A program made the translations under genes and the position numbers. DNA of 64,000 nucleotides, taken from contig JAJYMC010000062.1 of assembly GCA_021787335.1 (NCBI GenBank), forward strand, positions 90,181 through 154,180, given 5' to 3'. This DNA is from Bacillota bacterium (GTDB lineage Bacteria > Bacillota > Sulfobacillia > JAJYWN01 > JAJZPE01). Below, in pieces: positions 19,890 to 29,305 of this stretch. Every line of letters begins with the position of its first letter. Positions within the stretch are counted from its first letter, which is position 1. The notes under the pieces are model-generated. The model ran no database searches. It saw nothing but the letters and a program-made list of their open reading frames with translations, and had not been told where the DNA came from.

Positions 19890-20126
19890 ATGCTGGCAGC
19901 GGAAGTCTCATTGTACCCGCAGAAGGCGAAGGATTGCGACCAGGTCATCAGTAAGTCCATCGAGGCCCTTGGAAAGCATGGGCTGGACTTCAAGACGGGG
20001 ACGGTCAGCACCTTCGTCCAGGGGGACACGGAACTCGTCTGGAGCGGGCTGCGGAGCCTCTTTGAGGAGGCCGGCAAGCAGGGCTGCGAGGTCAACATGG
20101 TGGTCCAGTTGCGGCAGATCGGCTGA
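19890..20126 (+). CDS. Thiamine-binding / YkoF / DUF77 family protein
   Basis: AEVSLYP...GTVSTFVQGD. Confidence 0.75.
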   Translation: MLAAEVSLYPQKAKDCDQVISKSIEALGKHGLDFKTGTVSTFVQGDTELVWSGLRSLFEEAGKQGCEVNMVVQLRQIG

Positions 20127-20227
20127 GTCGCGGGCCGGCGCCCATGCTCCAGTGCCCACGTGCCCGCGCCCGAAAAGCGAGGTCCCGAAACGAAAACAAC
20201 CCCCGGGGATGGCCCCGGGGGCTTGTC

Positions 20228-20896
20228 CTATTTGCGCGCTGACGGGCGCCTGGCCTTGGCCCGGCCGCCGCCGTTCCCGCTGGCCGCCTTGGCCCGGCCG
20301 CCGCCGTTCCCGTTGGCCGCCTTGGCCCGCCCGTTTCCGTTCCCGTTGGCGCCCTTCCGCCAGCCCTTGAACTCGCGGTCGAGGATGCTCATCAGGTAGT
20401 AGTCGCGATAGCGGTTGTCCTTGTAGGAGTGGTCCCGCATGGTCCCCTCCTGCCGGAAACCGATGCGTTCGTAGCAACGGATGGCCCGGTCGTTCCCGCA
20501 ATCGACCTCCAGCCAGACCTTGTGCAGTCGCAGGTCGCCGAAGCAGAAGCGAAGCAGGGTGCCGATGGCGTCCGTCCCGTAGCCGCGGCCTCGGTACTCG
20601 GGGAGGCCGATACCGACGCCCATCCCCGCGTGCCCGTCCTTGTAGGAGATGCGGTGCAGGCCGATGGTCCCGATGAGGGCCCGGTTGTCGGCCTCGATGG
20701 CGAAGGTGTAGCTGCCCTCACCGTCCGCGGCCACTTGGCTCTCGATCCAGTCCTGCTCGGCCCGGAGGGAGAAGGGGAAGCTGATGTCCCGCAGGAAACG
20801 GCAGAAATCCGGGTCGTTGATCCAGGCCTGGGCGGCCGCCGCGTCCGACGGCTCGAGGGCACGCAGGGTGACTTTCTCGCCCTTGAGGTTGGGCAT
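20228..20896 (-). CDS. RimJ/RimL-family GNAT acetyltransferase with a repetitive C-terminal tail
   Basis: YRGRGYGTDA, LRLHKVWLEV, NDRAIRCYERIGFRQEG. Confidence 0.9.
   Translation of the reverse strand: MPNLKGEKVTLRALEPSDAAAAQAWINDPDFCRFLRDISFPFSLRAEQDWIESQVAADGEGSYTFAIEADNRALIGTIGLHRISYKDGHAGMGVGIGLPEYRGRGYGTDAIGTLLRFCFGDLRLHKVWLEVDCGNDRAIRCYERIGFRQEGTMRDHSYKDNRYRDYYLMSILDREFKGWRKGANGNGNGRAKAANGNGGGRAKAASGNGGGRAKARRPSARK
20253..20355 (-). repeat. About three 33-bp in-frame repeats (KAANGNGGGRA)
   Basis: GCCTTGGCCCGGCCGCCGCCGTTCCCG(C/T)TGGCC units. Confidence 0.8.
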
Positions 20897-20962
20897 GGGG
20901 GGACCCTCCTTGCTCCACAGCACGCTCATTTGGGGGCGTAGGGGTCAGGCCCGATAGTTTGC

Positions 20963-21430
20963 TCAGACATGGTGCTTTTCAACCAGCCGGAGCTTGAACC
21001 GGGGATCGTAGCGGGAAGAACAGTGACCGCAGGACCATTGCCCGGCCCGCCGCTTGACGACCCGGCGCCCGCACGACGGGCACTGGTAGACATAGCGCCA
21101 CCGGCTGCGCCGCCGCGGCGTGAAGGGGCGGCAGTAGGTGAAGTCGCGCATCCCGGATTCAGGGACGCCGCAGCGCCGGGCCTGTTCCCGGAAGTCCCGG
21201 CCGTGGCCGGGTACGACGAGGTGGATCATCTCGTGGAGCAGGAGTTGAGGGAGCTTGTCGGGAAACTGCTGCAGGTAAAGTTGGGAGAGGCGGATGACCC
21301 GGCGACGGTAGTAGCACTTCCCGGCTGTGGCCGTCATCCGGCCGGATAGCTCCAGGCGGGCCTCCAGACGGCCATCGAAATGACGCTGGTTGAGCTGGTC
21401 GAAGGTTTGGCGGAGCGAGGCCAGGTCCAC
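20963..21430 (-). CDS. SprT-like metalloprotease with a Zn ribbon
   Basis: FDQLNQRHF, RMTATAG, LLHEMIH, HGRDF, CPSC...CGHC. Confidence 0.9.
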   Translation of the reverse strand: MDLASLRQTFDQLNQRHFDGRLEARLELSGRMTATAGKCYYRRRVIRLSQLYLQQFPDKLPQLLLHEMIHLVVPGHGRDFREQARRCGVPESGMRDFTYCRPFTPRRRSRWRYVYQCPSCGRRVVKRRAGQWSCGHCSSRYDPRFKLRLVEKHHV

Positions 21431-21480
21431 TGGGGGGAGCGCCCCTTCCCATTCGGCCCTTCTTGAGGGCTCTGGACTCC

Positions 21481-21510
21481 ATTATAGGTAAGGGGCCAGG
21501 GCACCGTCAA
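21481..21510 (-). promoter_or_regulatory. sigma70 promoter for the sprT-like/GNAT genes
   Basis: TTGACG-N18-TATAAT. Confidence 0.65.
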
Positions 21511-21588
21511 TAACAGGAAAGCCGGGCATCCGCTCCCGCGGGCCCGGCCTCTTGACGATTGAAATAGACTGTAGAGAACTGTCTACTC

Positions 21589-22875
21589 TTAAGAACCGCC
21601 CTCAACTGCGGCGATCGGCACGGTCAGCGCGGCGTCGGGCATGATGATCATGGACGGAGTGGGCGTTCCAAGCATTTCGAGGGCCAGGGCGACCGCCTCC
21701 CGCGGGTCGGCCGCCGGGGTGAAGAGCAGGTCGCGGGCGAGGGCCGGCGGCAGGGCCGAGCCCAGGACGAACCGGGCCCGCCGCATGAGGCGGGCGACCG
21801 CGTAGGCCTTGTGCCCACCCAGCTCGAAATGCTCACGAAGGGCCGCCTCGATCCGGTCCGGCGTCCGGTGGGTGGTCATCCAACGGTGGTAGGTCTCGTT
21901 GCCATGACCCTCGGGGCACTCGGCCAGGAGGACGACCACCCCGCCGGGGCGGGCCGCCAGCACCGCGTTGTCCATGGCCTTCTGGACCTGATAGACGTTG
22001 ATGTCCTTGGGGCGGCCGCCGGCGCTGGCGATGACCAGGTCGGCCTCGGCCTTCAGGGGCACCCCGTAGACCTGCCGGACCAGGCGGCAGGCGGCCTCGT
22101 GGGCGGCGACGAAGTCCCCGGCAAAGACGCCGATGAAGCGCCTGGCATCGTCGAGGACGACATTGAGGAGGAAGTCCGGCGAGCCCATCCGGGCCGCCTC
22201 GACCAGATCCTCGTGGACCGGGTTGCCCGCCAGGCGCCCGATGCCGGCCCCCGGTTCGAGCATCATCCGGTGATTGAACTGGATGGTCCGGAAGCCGGCG
22301 ACGCCCGGGACGAGAGCCTTGCGCCCGCCGCCGAAGCCGGCGAAGAAGTGATAGACGACGCTCCCGGTGAGGATGACCTTGTCGGCCTCGAGGACGCGGC
22401 GGTTAATGTAGACCTCGTTGCCGCGGCTGGTCCGGCCGACGTGGGCCAGCCCGACCTCGTCCCGCGAGTCGTGGTTGTAGAGCCGGATGCGGTCGGCCCC
22501 GCGCCCGGCGATGGCCCGCATCTCGGCCTCCGTGAGGGGCCGGTGCGAGCCGGTGGCGAAGACCCCGAAGATGTCGCTGTCGCGGACGCCCGCCCGGTTC
22601 AGCTCATCGAGCAGGATGGGCAGGAAGAAGTCCGTGTTGGCCAGCCGGGTCGGGTCGTTCAGGATGACGCAGACGACGTCGCCCGGGCTGACCACCTCGG
22701 TCAGCGGGGGCGAGCCGATGGGGGCGCGGAGGGCTTTCTTGATGGCCGCGGTCGGGTCGGCCAGGGGCGGCATCTCGCGCACCCGCAAGGTCGCCAGGAC
22801 ATCGCCGGCCGGCAGCGGCACCTCCACCGTGCCCCGCCCGTACTTCATCGTCACGATGCCATTGTCAGCTCCCAT
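21589..22875 (-). CDS. larA: Nickel-pincer-dependent lactate racemase family protein
   Basis: NDPTR, ATGSH, YHFFAGFGGGRK, FNH, GNPVHED, DINVYQVQKA. Confidence 0.85.
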   Translation of the reverse strand: MGADNGIVTMKYGRGTVEVPLPAGDVLATLRVREMPPLADPTAAIKKALRAPIGSPPLTEVVSPGDVVCVILNDPTRLANTDFFLPILLDELNRAGVRDSDIFGVFATGSHRPLTEAEMRAIAGRGADRIRLYNHDSRDEVGLAHVGRTSRGNEVYINRRVLEADKVILTGSVVYHFFAGFGGGRKALVPGVAGFRTIQFNHRMMLEPGAGIGRLAGNPVHEDLVEAARMGSPDFLLNVVLDDARRFIGVFAGDFVAAHEAACRLVRQVYGVPLKAEADLVIASAGGRPKDINVYQVQKAMDNAVLAARPGGVVVLLAECPEGHGNETYHRWMTTHRTPDRIEAALREHFELGGHKAYAVARLMRRARFVLGSALPPALARDLLFTPAADPREAVALALEMLGTPTPSMIIMPDAALTVPIAAVEGGS

Positions 22876-22888
22876 GGCCACACCATCC

Positions 22889-23116
22889 TTTGAGGCCGTC
22901 CGCAAGGACCCCGGTGCCGTGACCCCGGAGGCCTGCGAGGGCATCCTCAGCTCGCCCGGCGTCCACCAGCGGCACATCACCCTGTGGTCGACCGTGCTCG
23001 ACCCCGCCGCCGGCGTCACCCACCTGTCGCCGGGGCGGCCGGACCTCAATCCCTATCGCCCTTTCGAGGTCGGCGGGTCGGTGGCTTACGCCGAGGAGAT
23101 CCCGGTGGTCATTTAG
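22889..23116 (+). pseudogene. Start-less C-terminal fragment, probably of a C45 / Ntn-hydrolase peptidase
   Basis: Strong GC3 codon bias; VTPEACEGILS...TLWSTVLDPAAGVTHLSPGRPDLNPYRPF. Confidence 0.5.
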
Positions 23117-24140
23117 ATCCACGCTTCTCGGACCCGCTTGGCCCGGGGCCGCCCGCGGCCGGCACGCTGTCGAGGTCCCAATCCGGGATGAAGGCCTCGT
23201 CGGCCGCCGACAGCTCCTGCGTCCAGCCCTCCTCGAGGCCGATGGCGAAGAAGTGGTCCAGGGCGGCATGATACTCACGGCGGGTCAGCCGCCGGTTGAT
23301 CTCCGGGAACTCAGCCGCCCGGTGGTACGGTGTGAACTGGCTCATCAGGCTGACCGGGACGCCCGGCAGGTTGGCGGCGATCCAGTCGAGAACCCTCTTG
23401 GTCGCCTCGACGTGGCCGGGGATGACCAGGTGGCGGACGATGACACCGCTTTGGGCGATGCCCTCGTCGTCGAGGACGAGCGGTCCGACCTGGCGGACCA
23501 TCTCCATGATGGCCGCCGTGGCCGTCTCGAAATAGCGCGGGGCCTTCGAGTAGCGGCGGGCCATGGCCTCGCCCTCGGCGTCGCCGGGGTACTTCAGGTC
23601 CGGGAGGTAGATCTGGACCAGGCCCTCCAGGGTCTGCAGGGCCTCGACGGTCTCGTAGGCGTTGGTGTTGTATACGACGGGGACGCTAAGCCCGCGCGCT
23701 CTGGCCTCCAGCAAGGCCGCGCGAATCTGCGGGATGTAAGGGGTCGGCGAGACCAGGTTGATGTTGTGGGCCCCGCGCTCCTGCAGCCCGAGCATCATCG
23801 AGACCAGCCCGGCCCGGTCGACCTCGCGGCCGAGGTGCCCCTGGCTGATCTCGGCATTCTGGCAGAACACGCAGCGCAGGTTGCACTCGGTGAAGAAGAT
23901 GGTTCCCGAGCCTCGCGTGCCCGACAGGCACGGCTCTTCCCACTGGTGCAATGACGCCTGCGACACCTTGGCCAGGGCCGGCGCGAGGCAGAAGCCGACC
24001 TCGCCGGCGTCGCGGTCGACGCGGCACAGGCGGGGGCAGAGGCGACAGTGTTTTTCGCTTGCTGGCTTTCGATCAGATGCGGGCTCTCGCCCAGATGTGG
24101 GCTCTCGCCCAGATTGGCCGGTCAACTTGTTTCCCCCCAT
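23109..24140 (-). CDS. pflX: Radical SAM protein, PflX family
   Basis: CRLCPRLC, WEEPCLSGTRGSGTIFF, CNLRCVFCQN, IYLPDLKY, VRHLVIPG. Confidence 0.85.
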   Translation of the reverse strand: MGGNKLTGQSGREPTSGREPASDRKPASEKHCRLCPRLCRVDRDAGEVGFCLAPALAKVSQASLHQWEEPCLSGTRGSGTIFFTECNLRCVFCQNAEISQGHLGREVDRAGLVSMMLGLQERGAHNINLVSPTPYIPQIRAALLEARARGLSVPVVYNTNAYETVEALQTLEGLVQIYLPDLKYPGDAEGEAMARRYSKAPRYFETATAAIMEMVRQVGPLVLDDEGIAQSGVIVRHLVIPGHVEATKRVLDWIAANLPGVPVSLMSQFTPYHRAAEFPEINRRLTRREYHAALDHFFAIGLEEGWTQELSAADEAFIPDWDLDSVPAAGGPGPSGSEKRGSK

Positions 24141-24148
24141 CGCCTATC

Positions 24149-24177
24149 AATCTACACTCGGGCGCCCAGGGCGTCAA
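24149..24177 (-). promoter_or_regulatory. sigma70 promoter for pflX (very short leader)
   Basis: TTGACG-N17-TAGATT. Confidence 0.55.
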
Positions 24178-24209
24178 CCACGCCGGGGCGTCGCGCGGGA
24201 GTGAATCCA

Positions 24210-24734
24210 GTGGATGAACGATTCGAGACCTTCGAGGGCCACCAGCCCAGGGCGGACAAGCCCTCATTCGTGGCCGCCACGGCCCGGCTCATCGGCCGCG
24301 TGACCCTGGGCGAGCGGTCCAGCGTCTGGCCCGGCGTCGTGATCCGCGCCGACCACGAGCCCATCACCATCGGCCGCCTGGTCAACATTCAGGACAACGC
24401 GGTCCTCCACGCCGACCCCGACCTGCCGGTGCGCATCGGCGACAATGTGACCATCGGCCACAGCGCGGTCGTCCATGCCTGCACCATCGGAAACAACGTC
24501 CTCATCGGCATCGGGGCGGTCATCCTCAATGGCGCGGTCATCGGTGACGGGGTGGTGGTCGGGGCCGGGGCGCTCGTGCCCGAGGGGAAGGTCATCGAAC
24601 CCCGGACGCTCGTCCTCGGAGTGCCCGCCAAGGTGGTCCGCACCCTCGAAGAAGACTCCCTCGAGGAACGGCGGGCGCAGGCGGAAAGATACTGGCGGCT
24701 GGCCCAGCGTCACCTGGGCGGGCGGGCGGAATGA
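24210..24734 (+). CDS. Gamma carbonic anhydrase family protein (YrdA-like)
   Basis: Hexapeptide repeats; NIQDNAVLH, VTIGHSAVVH. Confidence 0.9.
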   Translation: MDERFETFEGHQPRADKPSFVAATARLIGRVTLGERSSVWPGVVIRADHEPITIGRLVNIQDNAVLHADPDLPVRIGDNVTIGHSAVVHACTIGNNVLIGIGAVILNGAVIGDGVVVGAGALVPEGKVIEPRTLVLGVPAKVVRTLEEDSLEERRAQAERYWRLAQRHLGGRAE

Positions 24735-25645
24735 GCCTCCGCCTGGTCGCCATCGGCGACGTCCTGGCCGATGTCGTCGCCAGGACCGAGGCTGGCCTCG
24801 CCGGCATCAGCCACGGCAGCGACACGCCAGCGGCCATCGTCCTCGCCCCCGGCGGCTCGGCGGCCAACTTCGCCGTGCGGGCCGCCCGCCTCGGCGCGGA
24901 CTGCACCCTCATCGGGGCGGTCGGCGACGACCGGGCCGGGCGCTGGCTCCTCGAAGACCTGCGGGGCGAGGGCGTTGACACGGCCGGCGTGGCCGTCCTG
25001 CCGGTGACCGATCCGGCCGCCGAAGGCACGGGCATGCTCGTCTCCCTGGTCGACCCGTCGGGCGAACGCTCCATGCTCGTCCACAAGGGGGCCAACCGAC
25101 GACTGCGGGCCGAGCACGTGCCGGTCGGATTCTTCAGTGCGCCTGGCATCCTTCACCTGACCGGTTACACCTTCTTCGAGGAGGGGCCACGGGCGGCGGC
25201 CATGTGGGCGTTGGCTCTGGCCCGCGAGGCCGGCTGGCGCGTGTCGCTGGACCCGTCATCCCGCACGCCCCTGATCGCCCATGGTCCGCGGCGGCTCCTC
25301 GAGGACACGGCCCCGCTCGACTACATTCTCCCCAACCGCGATGAGGCGACCACCCTGACCGCGGAGGGGGATCCCGAGAAGGCCTGTCGCGCCTTGCTCC
25401 GCTGGTCCGGGGTGGTCGCGGTGAAGCTCGGGCCCGACGGCTGCCTCTTGGCCGTACGGGCCGCCACCTCGGTGACCCATGTCCCCGCCCCCGAGCAACT
25501 GGCGGCCGCGGATTCGACCGGTGCCGGGGACGCTTTCGACGCGGGCTTCCTGGCGGCCGTCGCCCGCGGTGTCCTGCCCCGTGAAGCCGCCGCGGCCGGT
25601 AACCGTGCCGCCGCCGACGCCGTCCGGGCTCTCGGCGCCAGATAG
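24731..25645 (+). CDS. PfkB sugar kinase, probable pseudouridine kinase
   Basis: GGSAAN, PNRDEA, DSTGAGDAF; directly upstream of psuG. Confidence 0.8.
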   Translation: MSLRLVAIGDVLADVVARTEAGLAGISHGSDTPAAIVLAPGGSAANFAVRAARLGADCTLIGAVGDDRAGRWLLEDLRGEGVDTAGVAVLPVTDPAAEGTGMLVSLVDPSGERSMLVHKGANRRLRAEHVPVGFFSAPGILHLTGYTFFEEGPRAAAMWALALAREAGWRVSLDPSSRTPLIAHGPRRLLEDTAPLDYILPNRDEATTLTAEGDPEKACRALLRWSGVVAVKLGPDGCLLAVRAATSVTHVPAPEQLAAADSTGAGDAFDAGFLAAVARGVLPREAAAAGNRAAADAVRALGAR

Positions 25646-25676
25646 ACAGTAGTTTGTGTCCCCGGGAGGGAAACCG

Positions 25677-26624
25677 ATGAACTCGCCAAGTCAGACCCAG
25701 CACGCCCACAGCTCGCCGCTGAAGCTCCACCCCGAGGTGGTCGCCGCCCTCCGCGAGGGCCGCCCGGTGGTGGCCCTCGAGTCGACCATCATCACCCACG
25801 GCATGCCTCATCCCGAGAACCTCGACACGGCCAGGGCCGTGGAGGAGGAGATCCGGCGGGCGGGGGCCGTGCCGGCCACCATCGCCGTGGTCGACGGCGT
25901 CCCGCGGGTCGGACTGGACCTGGGCGAGCTGGCCCTCCTGGCCTCGACCAACCGCGAGACGGTGGTCAAGGTCAGTCGCCGCGACCTGCCCATCGCCGTC
26001 GCCCGCGGGCTCTCCGGCGGCACCACGGTCTCGGCGACGATGGTCATCGCCGCGGCGGCGGGCATCCGCGTCTTCGTCACCGGCGGCATCGGCGGGGTCC
26101 ACCGCGGGGCGACGGAGACCTTCGACATCTCGGCCGACCTGGCCGAACTGGGCCGGACCAACGTGGCCGTCATCTGCGCCGGGGCCAAGGCCATCCTCGA
26201 CCTTCCCCTGACCCTCGAGTACCTCGAGACCCTCGGCGTGCCGGTCATCGGCTACCAGACCAGCGAGTTCCCGGCCTTCTACACGCGGTCGAGCGGTCTC
26301 CTCGTCGACTACCGGGCGGAGACGCCCAACGAGATCGCCGACATCATGCGGGCTAAGTGGGACCTGGGCCTGGACGGCGGCATCGTCGTGGCCAACCCCG
26401 TGCCGGCCTCGGCCGAGCTGGACCCGAAGACCGTCGAAGAGGCTGTCCAGCAAGCCCTGAACCACGCCGCCGTGGAGGGCGTCCGTGGCGCCGACCTGAC
26501 GCCGTTCCTACTGTCCCGCCTCGGCGCCATCACCGGCGGGGCCAGCCTCCAGACGAACATCGCCCTGGTCCGCAACAACGCCCGATTGGGCGCCGCCGTG
26601 GCCAGGGCGTGGTGTGCGCGATAG
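25677..26624 (+). CDS. psuG: Pseudouridine-5'-phosphate glycosidase
   Basis: VVALESTIITHGMP, KVSRRD, TGGIGGVHRG, DISADL, TPFLL. Confidence 0.95.
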   Translation: MNSPSQTQHAHSSPLKLHPEVVAALREGRPVVALESTIITHGMPHPENLDTARAVEEEIRRAGAVPATIAVVDGVPRVGLDLGELALLASTNRETVVKVSRRDLPIAVARGLSGGTTVSATMVIAAAAGIRVFVTGGIGGVHRGATETFDISADLAELGRTNVAVICAGAKAILDLPLTLEYLETLGVPVIGYQTSEFPAFYTRSSGLLVDYRAETPNEIADIMRAKWDLGLDGGIVVANPVPASAELDPKTVEEAVQQALNHAAVEGVRGADLTPFLLSRLGAITGGASLQTNIALVRNNARLGAAVARAWCAR

Positions 26625-26654
26625 CGTTTCGGCATCCGACTCACGCCGACCCGC

Positions 26655-27173
26655 TCAGGGAATGCGGTTCGGAACGGCGGCCGGCTCGACCGCTCGCCAG
26701 TTGCGCACGGCCATGTCGTAGAACTGCTTCGCCGCCGACGCATCGGGAAAGGCCCTCTTCGGGATGACGAGGCTGGAGTTCTTTTCGGTATAGATGAAGA
26801 TGTACCGCGGGTCCTCGGCGACCGCGAAGACCGCCCGCCAGAGGTGGTGACCCTCGGATACGTTGTTCTGAACGGTGATGCCAGTGTCGTCGATTTCGAG
26901 CGTCGTCTCACCGAGAAACTTGCCGGCGGGGAACTTCATCATCTTCCGCTTGAGGTTCCACAGAGTGAATTCCGCGAGCGCGAAGAGGAGCAGAGCGGTG
27001 CCCAGGGTCGCCGCGACCGGGTCGAGACCGAGCCTGATCCCGTTGAAAAGGAGCCAGCCGAAAAGGAGCAAGCCGAACCACCTTTGGGTCAACCTGGAGC
27101 GCCGGGAATGAAAGAGGTGGAACCGGTTCAGCCCCCAATAGTCCTCTCGGGTCAGGTCGTAGACGATCCTCAA
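26655..27173 (-). CDS. YcxB-family membrane protein
   Basis: YDLTREDY, two TM helices, C-terminal LVIPKRAF; RBS GGGAGG before TTG. Confidence 0.8.
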   Translation of the reverse strand: MRIVYDLTREDYWGLNRFHLFHSRRSRLTQRWFGLLLFGWLLFNGIRLGLDPVAATLGTALLLFALAEFTLWNLKRKMMKFPAGKFLGETTLEIDDTGITVQNNVSEGHHLWRAVFAVAEDPRYIFIYTEKNSSLVIPKRAFPDASAAKQFYDMAVRNWRAVEPAAVPNRIP

Positions 27174-27336
27174 AGCTCGAGACCTCCCTTTCCGCCATCT
27201 CCGGTAGTTCTTGCTAGGAGGGGAAAACCCTTCCGACGCCGTTCCGCCGACCCAAAGGGCACAGAGAGGCCCGACCGCCATATGGTGGCCGGGCCTGCTC
27301 TTGCGCGAACATGGTATCGCCGCATCTAAGGTGGCG

Positions 27337-27432
27337 CACCGGCGAGGCCATGTAGACAGACATCGACCGGGTCCGCATAATGCCAAGTTGAACGCTGCCC
27401 TGGCCAGGGCGTGGTGCGAGTTCTGGAGCTAG
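27337..27432 (+). repeat. Degenerate duplicate of the psuG 3' end
   Basis: Aligns with 26531-26624; exact 16-mer TGGCCAGGGCGTGGTG at 26599 and 27401; HNAKLNAALARAWC versus NNARLGAAVARAWC. Confidence 0.8.
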
Positions 27433-28184
27433 AGCTGGTATCTCAAAACTAAGCCGCAATCTGTCCCTCTGATCGCCCTGGCCGATGGGTTTGGGAGCGA
27501 CAAGGGGCCCCAGAATCGGGCGAAAAGCGGCTTGAGGGTTAGGCGGAGGGCAGTGGTCGGCTTGGTTGGCAAGCCAACGCACCCATGGTACAACAAAAAG
27601 GGTCTGACCGGCCTTTGGCCAAAACCTGAAACGCGCCTACCTAGGCTCGACCGCTCGCCTTCGACGCTTACCGACGCGTGCTTGACAAAACCCTCAATGG
27701 GTTTCTGACCGGCCCTAACTATCCTTACGGCGTGCCACCCGCTGGCGTCAGGCAAAGCTTTCTTGGTCGCCCTCTCTAGAACAGGCTTGTCGCATCGTAG
27801 CCAGAACATATCGTCCCATGGTTGGGCTTCTAGGAGCGCCGAGTGTCCTAAGTGCGAAAGTGCCCAATCCGAAACTTTGGCCCAGAGGACGTAAGCGCCC
27901 ACTGCTAAAGGGCTCAACAGTATAAGTGCCACTAGATACACCGCATACGTATCTACCCGGAAGAGGAATGGCTCGAGTAATCTCAGATCCCATAACGGGA
28001 CTTTATAGCGCCAGATGAGCGTGAGCCAGATAGCCACAAGCACGGGCCACCCAAAGATCAGGCTTCGAAGAACTGATAGGACCTCGCCACCGGATGGCAT
28101 TTTGCGGATGGGGCGAAAGCGCTCGTACCAGTATTGAGTGAGAACTCCGGGCACCAATATGAGAACCACAAGTGAAAAACCCAC
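27429..28184 (-). CDS. Low-GC membrane protein (DUF6338-like), C-terminus possibly degenerate
   Basis: RBS AGGAGG, LILVPG start, three TM helices, PWDDMF; atypical AT-richer codons. Confidence 0.55.
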   Translation of the reverse strand: MGFSLVVLILVPGVLTQYWYERFRPIRKMPSGGEVLSVLRSLIFGWPVLVAIWLTLIWRYKVPLWDLRLLEPFLFRVDTYAVYLVALILLSPLAVGAYVLWAKVSDWALSHLGHSALLEAQPWDDMFWLRCDKPVLERATKKALPDASGWHAVRIVRAGQKPIEGFVKHASVSVEGERSSLGRRVSGFGQRPVRPFLLYHGCVGLPTKPTTALRLTLKPLFARFWGPLSLPNPSARAIRGTDCGLVLRYQL

Positions 28185-28278
28185 GCTCTCCTCCTGGTAG
28201 CAAGTATTACTCAAGGTTTCGACAATTGGGCTCCCTTTCCTCCCAGGGAATGCCATTACTCCGAGACCAGCGATCTAC

Positions 28279-28308
28279 AAAAAAAAGGTCCGATTGGACT
28301 CGGACCCA
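28279..28308 (-). terminator. Intrinsic terminator after the DapA-like gene
   Basis: GGTCCGA/TCGGACC stem with a long T-tail on the minus strand. Confidence 0.7.
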
Positions 28309-28342
28309 AAAGGTGCAGCTATAAGAAGCGAAGGCAATTCGT

Positions 28343-29275
28343 TTACAACAACCCGGCGTGCGCCAGTGCCTTTCGCACCTGGGTCCGGGCCGCGTCGTCG
28401 ACGGGGAGGAGGGGCGGCCGGACGACGGCGTTCTTCAACACGCCCTGCATCACCAGGCCCTCCTTGATCCGGGCCCGGTAGTCGCGGACGGGCTTGCCGA
28501 AGCACGCGTTGACCAGCGGCATCAGCAAATCATTCAGGCGGGCGGCCTCGTCGAAGCGCTTGGCCCTGGCGGCTTCCAGCATGTCCACCTGGAGCCGCGT
28601 GGCGATGGCCCCGAAGCCGATCAGCGCCCCCTCGCCGCCGAGGACGAACGATTCGTAGATGAAGTTGTCGTTGCCGGTCAGAAGGGTGATGTGCTTGGGC
28701 AGCGAGTTCAGGTGGGCGAGGGTCTGGACGTACTTCAGGGCGTCGAAGGTGGCCTCCTTGATCGCGCAGACCTCATCGATCTCGACCAGCGCGGTCAGGG
28801 TCTCGGGCGGGTAATCGACGCCGCCCAGGTCCGGCTGGAGGGTGAAGATGATCATCGGCACCCCGACCTTGGCCAGGGCCTCGTGATAGTTGAGGATGAC
28901 CGGGTCGCGGCCGGTGGCCCCGCGGAACGCGGTGATGGGGAAGCAGAGGAAGGCGTCGGCCCCGGTGTCCCGGGCGGCCTTGGCGAAATCCACGGCGGCC
29001 GCGGTGTAGGGAGCGCCGACCCCGCAGACCACCGGGACTCGCCCGCCCACCTTCTTCACCACGACGTCCAGGATCCGCAGCTTCTCATCGTTACCGAGGT
29101 GCGGCCCCTCGCCGGCGTCGGTGTCGATGGCCAGGGCCTTGATCCCCTGCGGGACGATCCAGTCGACGTAGTCACGGAGGGTGGCCTCATCGCACCGGTA
29201 GTCCTCGGTCATCGGTAGGACGATGGCCGGGATGATGCCGGCCAGGTCGGGCTTCTTCTTTGCCATGGGCGTCAC
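28343..29275 (-). CDS. Dihydrodipicolinate synthase (DapA) family lyase/dehydratase
   Basis: GIIPAIVLP, AGEG, AIKEA Schiff-base Lys, LTGND, VRPPL. Confidence 0.85.
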   Translation of the reverse strand: MTPMAKKKPDLAGIIPAIVLPMTEDYRCDEATLRDYVDWIVPQGIKALAIDTDAGEGPHLGNDEKLRILDVVVKKVGGRVPVVCGVGAPYTAAAVDFAKAARDTGADAFLCFPITAFRGATGRDPVILNYHEALAKVGVPMIIFTLQPDLGGVDYPPETLTALVEIDEVCAIKEATFDALKYVQTLAHLNSLPKHITLLTGNDNFIYESFVLGGEGALIGFGAIATRLQVDMLEAARAKRFDEAARLNDLLMPLVNACFGKPVRDYRARIKEGLVMQGVLKNAVVRPPLLPVDDAARTQVRKALAHAGLL

Positions 29276-29305
29276 GTCACTCCTTCAGTCGTTGTGGTGG
29301 TCGGT

